Shown: one piece after another, positions 36,581 to 50,774 of the stretch | Position numbering within the stretch: position 1 is the first letter of the stretch | How the letters are laid out: every line of letters starts with the position of its first letter | Source: Octopus sinensis | Taxonomy: Eukaryota | Assembly (NCBI RefSeq): GCF_006345805.1 | Contig: NC_043001.1 | Coordinates: 63,302,001 to 63,366,000 of the forward strand | Length of the DNA: 64,000 nt | Direction: 5' to 3' | Position numbers and translations under genes: made by a program | Notes under the pieces: model-generated | Database searches by the model: none | Told to the model about the DNA's origin: nothing | The model's input: the letters and a program-made list of their open reading frames with translations, nothing else

Positions 36581-37921
36581 ATCAAAATAAGCAACTTGAT
36601 ATCAAGAGGTGATGCAGTATGACCGTTTCAAGCAGTTCCATTTAATTGAACAATGCAATCTTTACATCAATTTAAATGCAGCGCTATCATTAGCTGCATA
36701 AATAAACAGAATTTTAAGTATAGGGACAAGGAGAACCTGATTAATAATAGATTAGACCTAAGGGTATCATGAATACATAGGGTTACCCATACAATTAAAT
36801 ATTTTTGAAATTAGCACTTAAAGGTGCTACACTTGATCCTGGATAAGGGAAATTAATTTTTAGTGTCATATCTGATGTGAACTTATCCCCTTGTATTATA
36901 TATAATAAGTTATATATATTTTGTTACTATTCTCTATAATTTCTTATTTTGTTTTTTTATTTTGATACCTTTACCTATTAACCTCATTTATAAGTTATTA
37001 ATGTTCATAAAGAGAGATATAAACTTTCTAGTTACTTAAGTCTATGACATATGCAAAATAAAGTACAAATATTTGTGTATATTTGCATGTGTACACATAC
37101 TTAAATATGTGTATGTATCTGTGCACAGCTTATTTTTTTCTGATTTTTTTTCCCGATTCTTAGCCTATAATTAATATAATGGTAGCATGATTTATTGCCC
37201 CAGTTTTCCTTAAGTAAATACTCAGAGCAATCTTTATAGAAACCACCTAATGAGTAAATAATTAAGCACAGGGATGAATAACTAATTCTGTGTAATCTTC
37301 CCTTTTTAATGTTGAAAATTAGTATATATACACATTTTATCTATTCTGGTTATATCATTCTTAGTAATCTTAAATTTTATCTTTATACAACATAACATCA
37401 TAGTTTTTATTAGTGTCTTGCTCCTTTAACTGGTAATTAACATCTTGATTTGGGGTCTTCTCCTACCCAGCCTCCTTTATAGACAGTTACTTATACAAAT
37501 CTTAAAATCTTGACAATATTTACGACCATACCTAACTATAAACTTTCAACTCACTCCTTTCTAAACAGACACTGTCCTCTGGCCTTAGATTTGGTAGTTG
37601 ATAAAAAAAGACTAATAAATTAAAAATTAACCACAATCCTTTACAAGCTATGACCCTATCAAACCTCATACAGTTCTTAGAAGTGTAGTATAGTCTTAGT
37701 TACATTAATAGCAACATGGACTCTTTCCCTCTTCTTGCTTTATTAGAGAATTTGAGTAAAATCATATTAATGTGTCCAACTGATTAAAGATTATTTTTAT
37801 TTATGAAGCTGAGGATAGCCCTGCATTTAAATTGATGTAATGATTGCATTGTTCAATTAAATGGAGCCACTTGAAACGGTTGTACTGCATCACCTCTTGA
37901 TATCCTGTTGCTTATTTTGAT
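36581..37921. mobile_element. Foldback element: ~127-bp inverted arms around ~1.1 kb, hammerhead motif in each arm
   Basis: 36581-36706 reverse-complements 37795-37921 with scattered mismatches. Confidence 0.85.
37803..37890 (+). ncRNA. Type I hammerhead motif (mirror copy 36612-36699 on the minus strand)
   Basis: atg(c/a)ag-CTGA(G/T)GA-long stem II (catttaaattga/tcaattaaatg)-GAAAC-ggtt-GTA-ctgcat; 6-bp stem I in the consensus of the two arms. Confidence 0.65.
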
Positions 37922-38344
37922 TTTATTCACCTTAATTTGAATTGTACAGGTATTACTGCACTGACTTGGTGCTTCAACTTAAGTACCTAATTCAACTGAA
38001 TCTCAATCGTTGCCAGGCAGTTTTTACAATAGAATGTCTTACATATATTTTTGTTTATTCCATGTCAGACTATGCTTTCCTGACAGATAGGCTTTTTGAT
38101 CAGAACAGATTTGTGCAATTTTTCATAAAAAAACTTTATTCAGGATGATTTTCCTTTTTAAATTATTTACATGTCTGTTTGATCATTTCACGTGGCTTTA
38201 TTCATTAAAACTTCTTACAACTTTGGTTGTCAAAATGCTTTGCTTTCATTTTTTTAATAAAAATTCATCCTCATAATGATTTTGCTTTCAATTTGTGATA
38301 GGAGATAGTAACATGTAACATAGAGGACAAGTAGAAGTTCCTAT

Positions 38345-40740
38345 AGGACAACTTAATGAGGGCCACTAACCAAATTTGTGGCTGGTGTGATGTTCCCCCC
38401 CAGACCTAAGGTGACTTGTTGGTGGTACAGAGAAGTAGACAAAGCCATTAGAGCAAAAAACAAACCTAAGGACTGGAAGAGTGATGGTAGCAGAGCACTA
38501 TATATGATAGCTAAAAGGGAAGCTAAATGGCAGGTACGTTTACTTAGGGGAGAAGCAGTAAGGAAGCAGTTTGTCAATGTATTGCAGCATGAGGACCAAG
38601 AGGCTTGAGGTGTTTCGGCTTGCAAAACAATGTGTCAGAGAAAATCTTGATGTTGTAGGGAAAAAGTGTGTTCACATGGATGATGATTCATTTGTAATTA
38701 GTGATTCTACAAAGAAAGTGGCCTGGAAGTGCCACTATGAAAGGCTGCTAAATGTAGAGAATGCATAGAGGAAGTAAGTAGATAAAGCAATTAAGGATAC
38801 GAAAACAAGGAAAGCTCCTGGCCCATCATGAATCACTGCTGAGATGCTTAAAATATCTGACACAGTAGGACATGGCTTAGTCTCCTAAAGAGTAAATTCA
38901 ATTGTCCACGAAGTGGTCATATCCAACAACTGGTGTTGGAGCATTATAGTTGATTGCTCCAAATGTAGACAGAAATAATTACAGAGGTATCACATTGTTA
39001 GACCAGGTGATGTAGGTTACAGAAAGGGTCTTAGCTCAACTAATTAGGAAGAGAGTTAGCCTAGATGAGATGCAATTTGGTTTTGTTCCAGGAAGAAGCA
39101 CTACTGATGTTGTCTTCCTGGTGAGGCAACTACATGAAAAGTATCATGCCAAAAATAAAACTCTTTACCTGGCTATTGTTGATGTAGACAAAACCTTTGG
39201 CAGGGTCCTCCGCTACTTTCTCTAGTGGGCAATGTGAAAGCTAGGGATAGATGAGTGGTTGGTGAAAGGTGTACCAACTATGTACATGGATGCAGTCAAT
39301 ACGGTGAAAGTTGGCAATGAGTGTAGGAAGGATTTAGTGTACAGTTAGTTCACAAAGGATTAGTTCTCAGACCCCTTCTGTTTATCATAGGCCTTAATAG
39401 AGGAATTTAAGGCTGATTTTCCTTGGGAGCTCCTTTACACTGATATCCTTGTTATCATAGCTAAATCTCTACTAGAATTAGAGAAGAAATCTCAAATGTT
39501 GAAGCAAGGTCTAGAATCAAAGGGCCTTAGAGTTAATGTTGCAAAGTCCTAGTAAGTAAGAAAGCAGACAAATCACCAATTCCTTCAAGGAGATGGCCTT
39601 GCCCATTATGTAGAAAAGGTGTAGGTAAGAATTAATTCTATATGTGCAAACTATTGACACATAAGAGAGGCAAGTGTCATGGGAAGATTAAGAGAAAATA
39701 GTCTTTTATATGTGCAGATCAATAAACACTAAGAATGTAAATATACAGGAAATAGACTCCCTCAAATGTCTGGAGGGATACTCAGAAGTAGTTGATTGAT
39801 GCTTTTACCTTAGGTAACCAAGTAAGCTGTGGAAGAGGATGCTTTGAAAGCATAGTTGCCAGAATAAGAATGGGCTGGGCAAAGATCTGAGAGTTATTAA
39901 CTTTGTTGGTAACAAAGTTCTCAGGGTGAAAGGTAGATTGTATGATGCCTGTGTGCAGACAACTATGCTACAAAGCAGTGAAACATGGACTGTGACTGCA
40001 GAAGCTATATAAAGGCTTGAAAGAAATTAAGTAAACATACTCTGCTGGATGGGCAATGTCAGTGTGCATGTATGATGGAGTTTTAAGGGAAAAATTGGGT
40101 ATAAGAGGCATCAGATTTAGTGTGCAAGAGAGAAGGCTGCACTGGTTTGGTCATGTGATGTGTATGGATGAGGATAGCTGCATAAGGAAGTGCTGAACTC
40201 TAATTGTGGAGGAAACCTGCGGAAGGGGTAGACCCAGGAAAACATGGGATGAAGTAGTAAGAAAGGATCTTCGGACACTGGGCTTCACCAAGGAAATGAC
40301 AAGAGACAATTGACTTCTGGCAATTTGCTGTTCTTGAGAAGACCATCTATTTCTTTCTGTGTCTCTCACTTTATCTCTTCTTCCATTCCTTTCTCTTCCT
40401 ACTGGAGTAGCCAAGTATCTCCTCTCTTGTAAGATGCCTATGTCTATTCCTCTATTATACTTTAACCTCTCAACTGGCACAAATCCACTTCTGTCAGTTC
40501 CACTTTCTCTCTTCCAGCTGAGAGGTATTTGTCATGCAAGTTACTTGACAACTTTATTGGTGTTAGTGCCATGTAAAAGGTACCAATGCTGGTGTTACAT
40601 AAAAAGCACCCAGTACGCTCTGTAAAGTAGTTGACATCCAACTGTAGATAGCATGCCAAAGCAAACAATGGCCCTACTGTAGTTCTTTGGCTTGCCTAGC
40701 TCCTGTTAGACCTTTCCAACCCATGCCAGCATGGAAGATA
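38345..40740 (+). mobile_element. RTE-clade LINE, long decayed RT fragment plus 3' tail
   Basis: QFGFVPGRSTTDVVFLVRQLHEKY, WELLYTDIL, LHWFGHVMCMDEDSCIRKC..GRGRPRKTWDEVV; tail ccaacccatgccagcatggaa near 40720. Confidence 0.88.
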
Positions 40741-40857
40741 GGTGTGTGTATATATATAGGCATATACATATTTGTATGTATGAATGTGTGTGTGTATATA
40801 TATTGTTTGTGTGTATGTTAAAAATAACAGCTGTATTCTGTTGGTTGTTTTTGTTAG

Positions 40858-41112
40858 GTACCTCGAGTGGTGAGACATCATCCAGCATTGAACAGGAGAA
40901 CTATTTCCGATCATTAGTTGCTGTCACTCCGAATAGTATGCGATCCTATCAGTCTTCTTACAGTGATTCTCTCACGAGTCTTGATTCTCTCATGATGGTT
41001 GGTAGCAATGAATTAACAATTCCTGAGACACCAGAACCACTTCGTAAATCCACATTCAACCGTACAGCAGGTCTAAGTAACACAAGAGCAAGTGGAGGTG
41101 CTAAATCAAAAA
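40858..41112 (+). CDS. SBF2: SBF exon (GTSSGETSSSIEQENYFRSLVAVTP...GGAKSK)
   Basis: ttttgttag acceptor; SSSIEQE.Y matches SBF2. Donor taken as AA|gtaaga; an earlier donor at 41070 is possible. Confidence 0.88.
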
Positions 41113-43081
41113 GTAAGATATAATTTTGTGTTGTAAATTTAAGTATTAAACTGTTTTTTTTTGTTTTATATTTCTTTAAAATGTTTCTTTCTTACCTCCA
41201 TTTCTCTCCATAAATACTTTGTTAACTGTAGTGAAATTATTTCATGTAATTCTTCAGAAATTTCTACTAAATAATATAGCATTTCCTATTCTGGCTATAT
41301 GAAGTCATTAGTTATTTACTTTAACTATGCTTTTGTAATTAAATTCTCCTGTTAATTTCACTGGAGTCATTTGGACATTGTTTGTGAGATTTGTTTTACT
41401 ACTTAAAACTGATTGTTAGCTTTTGTTTTTAAGTTGTCTTATAATGTTATTTGTTGTGTTTGCTGAGGTTAAATTGCTATTGAAATTCTTGCATGAGGTA
41501 ATTGCTCTTGTTGCAAGTTTATAACTACAATTTTAATTTGTGTAAAGATGTTACAGTTGAAGACTTACTATAATGTAGGATAGTCCAGTCTTTGAACATG
41601 AATTTTCTAATCATTACTGTAGCAATTTGACCTATCCTATGATTGAAGACATGTTACACCTGACTGTGTTTGCACATATTACTCAGAAATGTAATGTTTC
41701 ATATAGACATATGCAGAGATATGCAAACCACAGGAGTAAAATGTGCATGCTTATATGGATGCATGTGTGTGTTATAAATGAATTTTCTTTTTATTTAAAT
41801 TTGTTTCCTCAATGTGTTTTTAATTTTCTTTCTCTCTTTGCATTAAATGATAAACATAAATGTGGTTTTGTGTTCTTTTTCTCTTGTATCAGTCTGGTTA
41901 TTAATATTTTGTAGATCCTTAAGTCAGGACTTAAAAGCTTCAAAAAAGCAACAAAAGTAAAATGACCAAATTATCTTCATACTTCCTGTAAAACATTCTA
42001 TAGAATTATTTTCATACTTCCCATTAATTCATTCTTTAGATCTACAATATAACCAGCAGTTGTCCTCCATTTGACACTTTTGACACTACTTTTTTGTCAA
42101 GAAAGAGAAACGATAATTTATCGTCTATCTCTCTAGACTTTAAATTGAGTGATGTATTGATGGTGAATCTTGTAGGAGCTCATGCATTGATAGTATAAAA
42201 AATGTGTGACTTGTTGGGTGATTAATTGTGGTGTTTGTGGTTGATCCTTTTAAAAGTTGCATTCAAGGGGAAAATTAAAACCCTGGTAATGGAACAATTA
42301 CTTATAGCCATCAGAGTCTTTGAAGAATGTATGAACAGCTCTCAGACTTATTCCTCTTAGTTGTAAATTTCTTGCTTTATTATAAAGCCATTAAGTAGCT
42401 CTTATGCCAAAAGTATTTAAATTTTTAGCCATGATACCTTGAGATAATTCAGTAGGCATACCATTGTGTCTTAGACAGTGCAAGAAATGACATACACATC
42501 ATCAATATTTTGCCTCATAAGCATTGTAATACTGAATAAAAGTATGATGCAGCTTGATATTTAAAACAAAAATTATTTTCCTACTATTACCCACAACACT
42601 ACCCATGGGGTGTATTTACCAAGTTCTTAGTGGCTCATTTCTTTAAAATGTCAGTACTATCTATTATTCTTAGTTTGAAATTGGAAAGTGTCGCCCTTGG
42701 TGTTTTCATAGTAATGACTCAGAACTAATGACCAAACTTTGTTGCTGTTGGAGAAATAAGTTGATTGAAGTACTTCAAATCTGAAGCACCCCATAGTTTA
42801 GTTTGCACTTTGTCTTGAAATAACTGGAAGGGAGAGGAGTAGGGTAGGTGTTATTTAAAAATAACAGTGGTAGCAAACCTTTATTATCCACCAATTTGAA
42901 GGTGGATATTGACAATATTTGGTATTTAACAGTCAAATGATAATATATAGATACTTTATTGTCATATTAAACTTCATTTTCCAAATTTTATGCAAAATGT
43001 TTTGATACAATGAAAATTATTTATATATACCTTACTGATTATTGATCTACCATTATTATTCTGTATTCTTCCTCTTGACAG

Positions 43082-43096
43082 AGATGTCTTCCTCAG
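43082..43096 (+). CDS. SBF2: Candidate 15-nt symmetric microexon (K-MSSS-G)
   Basis: ctgtattcttcctcttgacag acceptor, CAG|gtatat donor, phase 1-1 matching the phase-1 end of exon 41112; no homology support. Confidence 0.4.
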
Positions 43097-43337
43097 GTAT
43101 ATTTTTTTTCTGAATTTTTCCTGCTGTTCCTTGTTCTAGTGTCATGTTCTCCAATGTTGTTTTCTCTTGACAAATTAGATATCATCAGAAATGGTGAACA
43201 CTTTCAGATTTGTGTATAATGAAGGCCACAATATCTTGTTTTTATTACAAATACTACTAATATTGTTAGAGTAACCTGCCTTACAATTTTTTGGTTATTG
43301 TTCAGTGTAACAAGTTCAGTTCCTAATTACACCAGTA

Positions 43338-44030
43338 ACACATCATACTATAGTGTCACACAAACCCATACTGTTGTGTCACATCACCTTATACTAAGGT
43401 GTTACACCAACCCATACTATTTTGTCACACTATTTCCTACAATAGTGCCACAGCATCCCATACCACTGTATGTAACACTACTTCATATCATAGGTGTCAC
43501 ATCTCATGATATAGTATCACGCTAACCTATTTTGTAGTGTCACACTACTCCATACTGTAGTTTAACACTACCCCATACAATAACATCACACAAAACCTAT
43601 AGTGTCATACCACCTATTACAGTAGATTCACACCATTCTATACTGTAGTGTCATACCTCCCCACTGTCTAGTTTCATATAATACTGGTCCATACGATAGT
43701 GCCATACCACCTCATTCTATGGTGTTCACCTCCCCATTCTGTGGTGTTCACCTTCCTATACTTTGGTTTCACACCATACTATAGCATTACACTACCCCAT
43801 ATAGTAGTGTCACTGCACCCCATATTGTAGTGTTACACTACTCCATAAATAGTGTCACACCACTCCATGCATTAGTGTCACAGCTCCCCATATAATTGTG
43901 TTACACCATGCCATACTATATTGTCACATCACTCCATACAATAGTATCACACCACCCCATACTTTAGTGTTACACTGCTTCTATGATAGTGTAAAATCAT
44001 CCCATTCTGTGGTCCCACACCACCCCATGC
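43338..44030 (+). repeat. Degenerate ~23-bp minisatellite (tgtagtgtcacaccaccccatac), about 30 units
   Basis: Recurrent tagtgtcacac..ccatac at roughly 21-23 bp spacing. Confidence 0.8.
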
Positions 44031-47000
44031 TTCCAATAGTATCTATTTTTATTTCAACAAAATTCCTGTTTGCCAGATGTTTGAAAATTTTCTACTAGTT
44101 TTAGTTTTGTTGAATTTCTTTAAAATGGTTCTGTCTGTAGAGAATTATAATGTTTTTTGTATTGGTTAATAAAACTCAATGATTAACAAATTAAAACAAA
44201 TAATTAAGTAATTGATGCTCTAAGAGATTAAGCATTGGAGTTCTGCAAATACTTTCATATATATTATATTTTGGTATTTCAGACATTGCAGATAGATTTA
44301 TTCTATTTTAATTATACTTCTACTCATAATAATGATTATGCTAGCATTGGGAGTAATTTCATTATAGAACTGATGACAGAGGTGACAGCAGTGTCTTATC
44401 AAGATAAGAGCTGTTATGAATTTGGACTTGTATTTCTGGTCAGATGATCTTTGATAAAATGTTTCTGTTCTTTGATAATTCTACCAATGCAGAGGATGTT
44501 ATGGAATGTAAATCTATCCCAACAGCTTTTAACACAGTTATTCATTATATGATTGAAACTGCATTTGTTTGTTTGTTAGTGTATAGAAGTTTTCCTAACA
44601 ATTACTTCACAGTCATTATAGCTTTAATCTATTTAACACCAATAGTACAGATCAGTATCTTCTAGACAACTTTTAAAAACTGTAATTCTCAAAATAAGTA
44701 AGAGAATTTCTTTGTCTTTCTCACTAAGAATATCAAACAATTAATTCTGTACTGTATAGATATTTTGTAGTGCCAGGGTTACTAAAATATTTTACTTCCT
44801 TATTTTCCTCTTTTCCTGGTGTCCAGTGTCCAAGAGAACTCAATATTTACATGTTCTGTTTTCTCTTTCTATGCTTTAGCTGCCATGATTAGCATGCTAA
44901 TTTTAGAAAGCCCTCATTGCTGTGCTCTATTTACACTGTATTTACTGTTAGTGACACTCACTATACCACATGGCCTCTTTGTTTCTCTACAGATATGTGT
45001 GTGTATATGTGTGCATAATATATATATGTAATACATCTGTGTGCACACACTCACACACACACACGCGCGCGCGCACACACACAATTTATAAAATAACAAT
45101 AAGTTTGTTAGCTGTGAGAAGTAAGTTCTGACATTTCTATATTGTGTTTATCTTTGAAAAAAGATTCTTTTCTTTGAAAAAAGGTTTTGCCCAAGATGTC
45201 TGAAGCCATCTCATGTCACAACTAACAAACTTGTATATTTTATTAACTGTTTTTTTTTTCCAACTTTGACTGTCAGTTTTCTTTGTTTCTTACAATTTTC
45301 AACAAATTTTATAGAATTAGACTTTAGTCATTAGTCTCTAATTTCTGTTTTCAGTGCTAGTACTATCCTTTCCAATGCTATTGTGCATGTATTTAGCATT
45401 AACTGATTATTTTCACTTGAAATTATTCTTGTGGATCACATATCCAATGTTTGGTCAACAAAATTCTGTGCTTGATGACTGATATTGCAGTGAATTCTTG
45501 CATTAGCAAATAATTTGTTAATATTGTTTATTAGGTAGTGAACAATTAAACCTTTGAAACATTATCTGGTTGGTAATAATTATCATCTTTTAGTTAATTT
45601 TCTTTTGTAAGTGAAGATGTTTCATTGATTATTTCTTACTGCTATAGCATTAACACAGTACTTTGTGTTGAACCAATTCATAATGTACAATAAATGTAAT
45701 AAATACCGATTGATCTAATGTCAATATTCATTGCAAGAAGGAAATAATACCACTTTTTTTTTTTGTCTTTGAACATGTAATCATATATATTCTATTTTTA
45801 CTTTGTAATTTGATGACAAACTTTCCACTTAAATTGAAGCATTGTTTTGATTCTGTTTCCTTTTTTTATTTTCTTCACTTCTGTTTCCTTTTTTATATTT
45901 TCTTCACTTCACCTGACAAGAAAACTATTGCAAGAATGTTAACTATTTATTAACTTTTGTAGTTTGAATGACTGATATTTTTTTAATGCATCTTTAATCT
46001 TTTTTATTGGATTTCAATGTTTTGCTTTATTGATTTCACACAGCTCCACTTCACTTAAAACATTGCTGTACCTCTTAATGACTGTATTGTTATACCTCTA
46101 ACTTTTGTGTTTACACTAATGGTATATACATAACCATAAGCAGAATTTTGTTGTTTTAGTTCATCTACCTGTCAACAGGTGTTGCTTGTAGGACAATTGA
46201 GATGTTAACAGTAAGAAGGAAATTCAATTGAAAACGGTTTTTCAAAATTATAGCAACAAGGTGAAACCAGACAAGCAGGAAACTTCATCTCAGTTAACTT
46301 TGATAAAATGGAGATATGAAAAGTGTTATGCCTTTTTTACAGTCTAGCTACCAACAATAACATTTAGCTTAGAATATAACCAATGGGGGAGGGGCACTAT
46401 TTACTTATATGATATCTTATTAGGATGACTATGAACTCCCAGGAGACAACCATGAGCACACACACATTCACATTTAGTACAAAGGGGAAGATAAATGTTA
46501 ATATGTGATGTTGGTAGCTTATTCTGGTTGAATGTGAATGGGCTTCAGTTTGTTTTCAACATTAATCTTGATAAAATTGGAGGGTGGATAATCCAACATA
46601 TACGAAAGTGGAAGATGAAACATTAATGCTCACAGATATTGTTTTGTTTTATGTACCTCTCTTATTCTTAGTTTTTGATCCACCCAAAAATCTACTGTAC
46701 AATAAGTGACAACTTATGATCCATCTTATTTCAGCCTATTTTATATTTCATTTCTGTTTAATAACTGTAATACAATATTGAAGTGAGATGTGCCAGCATT
46801 TCTGTTATTCTGCTGTTAAATCACTAGGATTCCTCCTTCTGAAGTGGCTGATTTAATAATACTTATTATTATTTATATTTTTATTTTATTATGTGCATGT
46901 CTGTTCTTGGCTGATCTCTCTTTAATAACTATTCATCTTCATTTATCCTTGCTGTTAACTATTTCATTCTTCAATACAAATTAAACTTTTTTGCCTTTTC

Positions 47001-48253
47001 TTTATAAAACTTCTTGAATCCCATTATTGATCACTAATTTTCATCCATTTTTGTATTTATTCTGTGATGGCTTCTGTTCTTTTGAGACTGTTTCCTTCCC
47101 TTTTTTGCTTTGATATTTATCAAAAAACAACTTTATGATATTCTTGTAAAGCTAATTAATGGATGCTTGAAGATATAGCATTGACAATCTTACTGATATC
47201 TTATTACTGTTTAACCCCATCATCAATATCATCATCATCATTGTTATCATTATCACCTGCCATAAATACTTTCTAAGTGATGTCGGTAATTGATTAAGAG
47301 CAGGAGTGGAGTTATGTAGTTGATGTTGCATTGATGCTTTCATTAGTGAATGGTAATGATTGAAAAAAAAAGAACATTAATTTATTGATATATTTTAGAT
47401 TCAGGGTCTCTGCATACATAGTGTTTTTGTGCGGAGAACATAATTATTGTAATAATAGCAAATAACATTAGTTTGTGCTTTACAAAATCTTTGAATGGAG
47501 GAGATAAAGGCACATCTTGGATTTTTTTTTTTCTTAAGAGAAATGTGCAGTTCCAATTTATTAAGACTAATTGGAACACAAATTTGGCTCTGAAACAGGT
47601 GATCATTGACCAGGAATCAATATCTTGTAAATATATGTGGAAATACTTACATGTAATGGACTTGACTGTATTCAATCTACTTAGGCAGATGATAGCGACA
47701 TGACAACAGATAAAAACCACATCCTTAAAACAATCATTACATCCTATCACCACCTTTCATCTAGATTCATGCAATTGTTACATTTTTATGGGTTTTTTGC
47801 TGGTCTAACTGCATTTCATCAAAATCTATAGTTTCTAACAGGATTAAATGACTTATTGAGAGAAAGATGTAGAGGAAATTTAATGTTGTTGAGGCATGTG
47901 TTTCTTGCAGATTAGTTAATTTTTCCAAAATTAACTAAAATTCCAAAACAAGACCTTATGATACATACACCTTAGTACATTGAGTTGCTGACTGACACAT
48001 ACAACATAGTACATCAATGCATTAACTGACACATCATAGTACATTCTGTCTGTGACATATACACCATGGTGTAGCTCATTTATGATGCATACACAGTAGT
48101 GCATCAGTCAATTTAAGACACAATGGAGCATCCATCAATTTATGAAACACTTACCATGCGACATCCTCTCAGTTTGTGACATACTGTGGGACACTCAATC
48201 TATGCTTCTTCCAGATTAGTGAACTAGTACCTATATTGGTTATTATTATTATG

Positions 48254-48285
<32 letters not shown>

Positions 48286-49413
48286 CATCATTCCCTGCCT
48301 TTGGGAAAGTCATGAATACTCTTTTGTATATTTGTCATTACTATTCTATGGTGTACATTGTTCTGTCCCTGGACATTTCCATTTTTTTGTAATAGCTTCT
48401 TGCTTAAGCCTTCTCCATACCTGTGACTTTTTTTACTGCACACTGTTGGGTGATTTGGAGGGAGAGAAAGAAAAACAGTGAGAGAGATACGACTGGTATT
48501 TTATCTTGGAAGGTTAAAATGTCAAATGTCAAGTCACCTTTGTATAGATCTAGACTCAGTACTATTAGTTTTGAAACTGATTAGTTTCTATCCTTCTAGA
48601 GTTGTTTAATTAACATCACAGTTATTACTGTCTGCTTGTAACAATGTGTGTAATTATTATTGTTAGATTCAGTGGAGCAACAAACAGCATTGCATTGTGC
48701 TATTTAACAATAACAACCCTTTACATTCTCACTTATTATTATTGAGTGAGAGAGCAGTGCATGCCATCAAAGTGACACTGGGGTAAAATATACAAAGCCC
48801 AGTATACCCATCATGACTACCCATCTGATAAGGGTACACCAGACACATGCATTACAACCATATGTGTGGAACATAGTGATCTCATATCAAGATAAACAGC
48901 ACATGACCTTGCAGGTGGGGCCCAGTTTGAATTTTCTTCAGGTCGAGTAGCCCATCCTGCTCAAAAGGTCCCTGAATAAGGGTTGTTTAAGGATGACAAA
49001 CAAAACACCATGTTTCCAAAGGTGAGTTATCCAAACCCCAAAGTTTTCCTCTCAACACATGGCTATGATGCTCCCCCACTACTTCTGCTCATGATCAAAG
49101 ATACATATATTGTCAGCCACTAAGGGACATGCTCAACTGGTTATGGTCAAGCAACTGACAAGCAAATCTGTGGTATTGAGCAGAATATTTGCTGTAGCCC
49201 ATCTTTTATACCAAGACAAAACAATGGTCAGTTAAGATCAGAAGTCATGAGAGCCACTGCCTGGTACTGCATCAGGGCATCTTATAATAATAATAATAAT
49301 ATCATCATCATCATAATTATTGTTCACTTTTAATCTGCATCTTTCATACAATTGCTTGCTGGGACACACCCAGCACCCTAGGGTAAGAGAAGGTTAAGAG
49401 ATATTGAAATATA

Positions 49414-50746
49414 CAGGGGCTGGACAAAATAATGGAAACATCTTAAAATTTCAAACAAATTTATTTTAATAAGGGTAAGAATTCTTTCTTTCGGGGGTAA
49501 CTGGAGTTGGAGTCGGAAAAACTATATGGATTCTGACTCCAACTTACAATGTCTTTATTACCATTTTTGAGCGTGGCCATTGCCAGTACCGCCAGACTGG
49601 CCCTCGTGATGGTGGCACATTAAAAGCACCCACTACACTCTCGGAGTGGTTGTCGTTAGGAAGGGAATCCGGCTGTAGAAACTCTGCCAGATCAGTTTGT
49701 AGCCTGGCGCAGCCATCTGGTTCGCCAGTCCTCAGTCAAATTGTCCAACCAATGCTAGCATCGAAGGCGGATGTTAAATGATGATGATGATCATCATCAC
49801 CTTTGGCAGTAATTACATCTTGACTTACAAAATTTGAATTGTTTCCAAAGAAATTTTTGTCCATTCTTCAGCTAAAACAGTCTGCAATTCTTGTAGTGAT
49901 GATGCTGGAGGATAACAACTCCTTACTTGTTTTTCTAAAATGCACCATAAATGTTCAATAATATTGAGATCTGGGGTGTGTGGTTGCCAGATAAGATGTT
50001 CAACTTCACTAGAATGTTCCTTGTGCCATTCAGTAACAACTTTAGCTGTGTGGATTGATGTATTATCATTCTGAAAGATTGCATTTCCTTCTGGAAACAG
50101 TTCTGCAACAATAGGATGAATTTCATCAGATAAAATGCTTTGATAGTCTTGACTATTAATTCTGCCATAAAGGGAAACCATTGGGCCAGTGGATTTCCAA
50201 GATATAGGCCCCCCCACCCATCATCACAGATCCTCCTCTATGTTTAACAGTTGGAAGAAGGTAGTCTTGGTCAAATGCTTCTTTTGGTTGTCTCCACACG
50301 TATACTCAGCTGGTGGTTGGAAATAAGGTGAAGGATGACTCATCTGAGTTAACATTCTTCCACTGCTCTAGGGACCAATTCTGTTTTTACTCCACTCTAA
50401 ATGCTTTGCAACGTTTGTTTTTGAAAGTAGTAGTTTTCTGATTGCAACCCTCCCATGAAATCCAACTTTATGCAGCTCCCGGCAAACAGTTTTTGTAGAA
50501 ACTGGGTTCTAGAGATCTGCAGTAATTTTGGCAGCTGTACTTTGAAAGTCCAGTAGATCTATCATTTTAATGAATTTTAATTACCTTTTTCTGATTATAT
50601 CTGAAAAGAAACAGCAATTTTAGCAAAACATATTAAGCAACACTAATAATAAATCAAAAAACATAAAAATAAACAAGCTTTTGGCGGTTTTATAGATATT
50701 TCAAAATTATGATGCTAGGTATTTCCATTATTTTGTCCAACTCCTG
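49414..50746 (-). mobile_element. Tc1 (DD34E) transposon with both TIRs and TA TSDs, carrying an RTE-tail insertion (~49560-49800)
   Basis: TIR caggggctggacaaaataatggaaa / tttccattattttgtccaactcctg; peptide IFQNDNTSIHTAK...PHTPDLNIIEHLW. Confidence 0.92.
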
Positions 50747-50774
50747 TAACTGGAAGCTTGGAGAGGGGAAGTGG

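Larger units (their letters stand above)
740..41112 (+). other. SBF2: Multi-exon gene (partial): SET-binding factor / myotubularin-related pseudophosphatase, co-ortholog of SBF1 (MTMR5) and SBF2 (MTMR13); continues beyond both limits
   Basis: GT-AG exons join in consistent phase into a peptide matching SBF2 as I recall it (ALDIAAEQLRIWP..EESTVYSQAIHYAN; RFVTRFVDKVC; [20 protein letters not shown]; [17 protein letters not shown]; SYPALLIVP; RFPIITWRH; SSSIEQENY). Confidence 0.96.

Noticed and set aside
46179-46210. Possible exon (caacag...aca|gtaaga)
   Set aside because: 32 nt, changes phase, and the peptide shows no SBF similarity.
48745-49282. ~540-bp GC-richer block between (ATT)n and (TAA)n; slight U2 snRNA-like words
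   Set aside because: Probably an interspersed repeat, but it is single-copy in this window with no ORF, and the snRNA similarity is too short to support.
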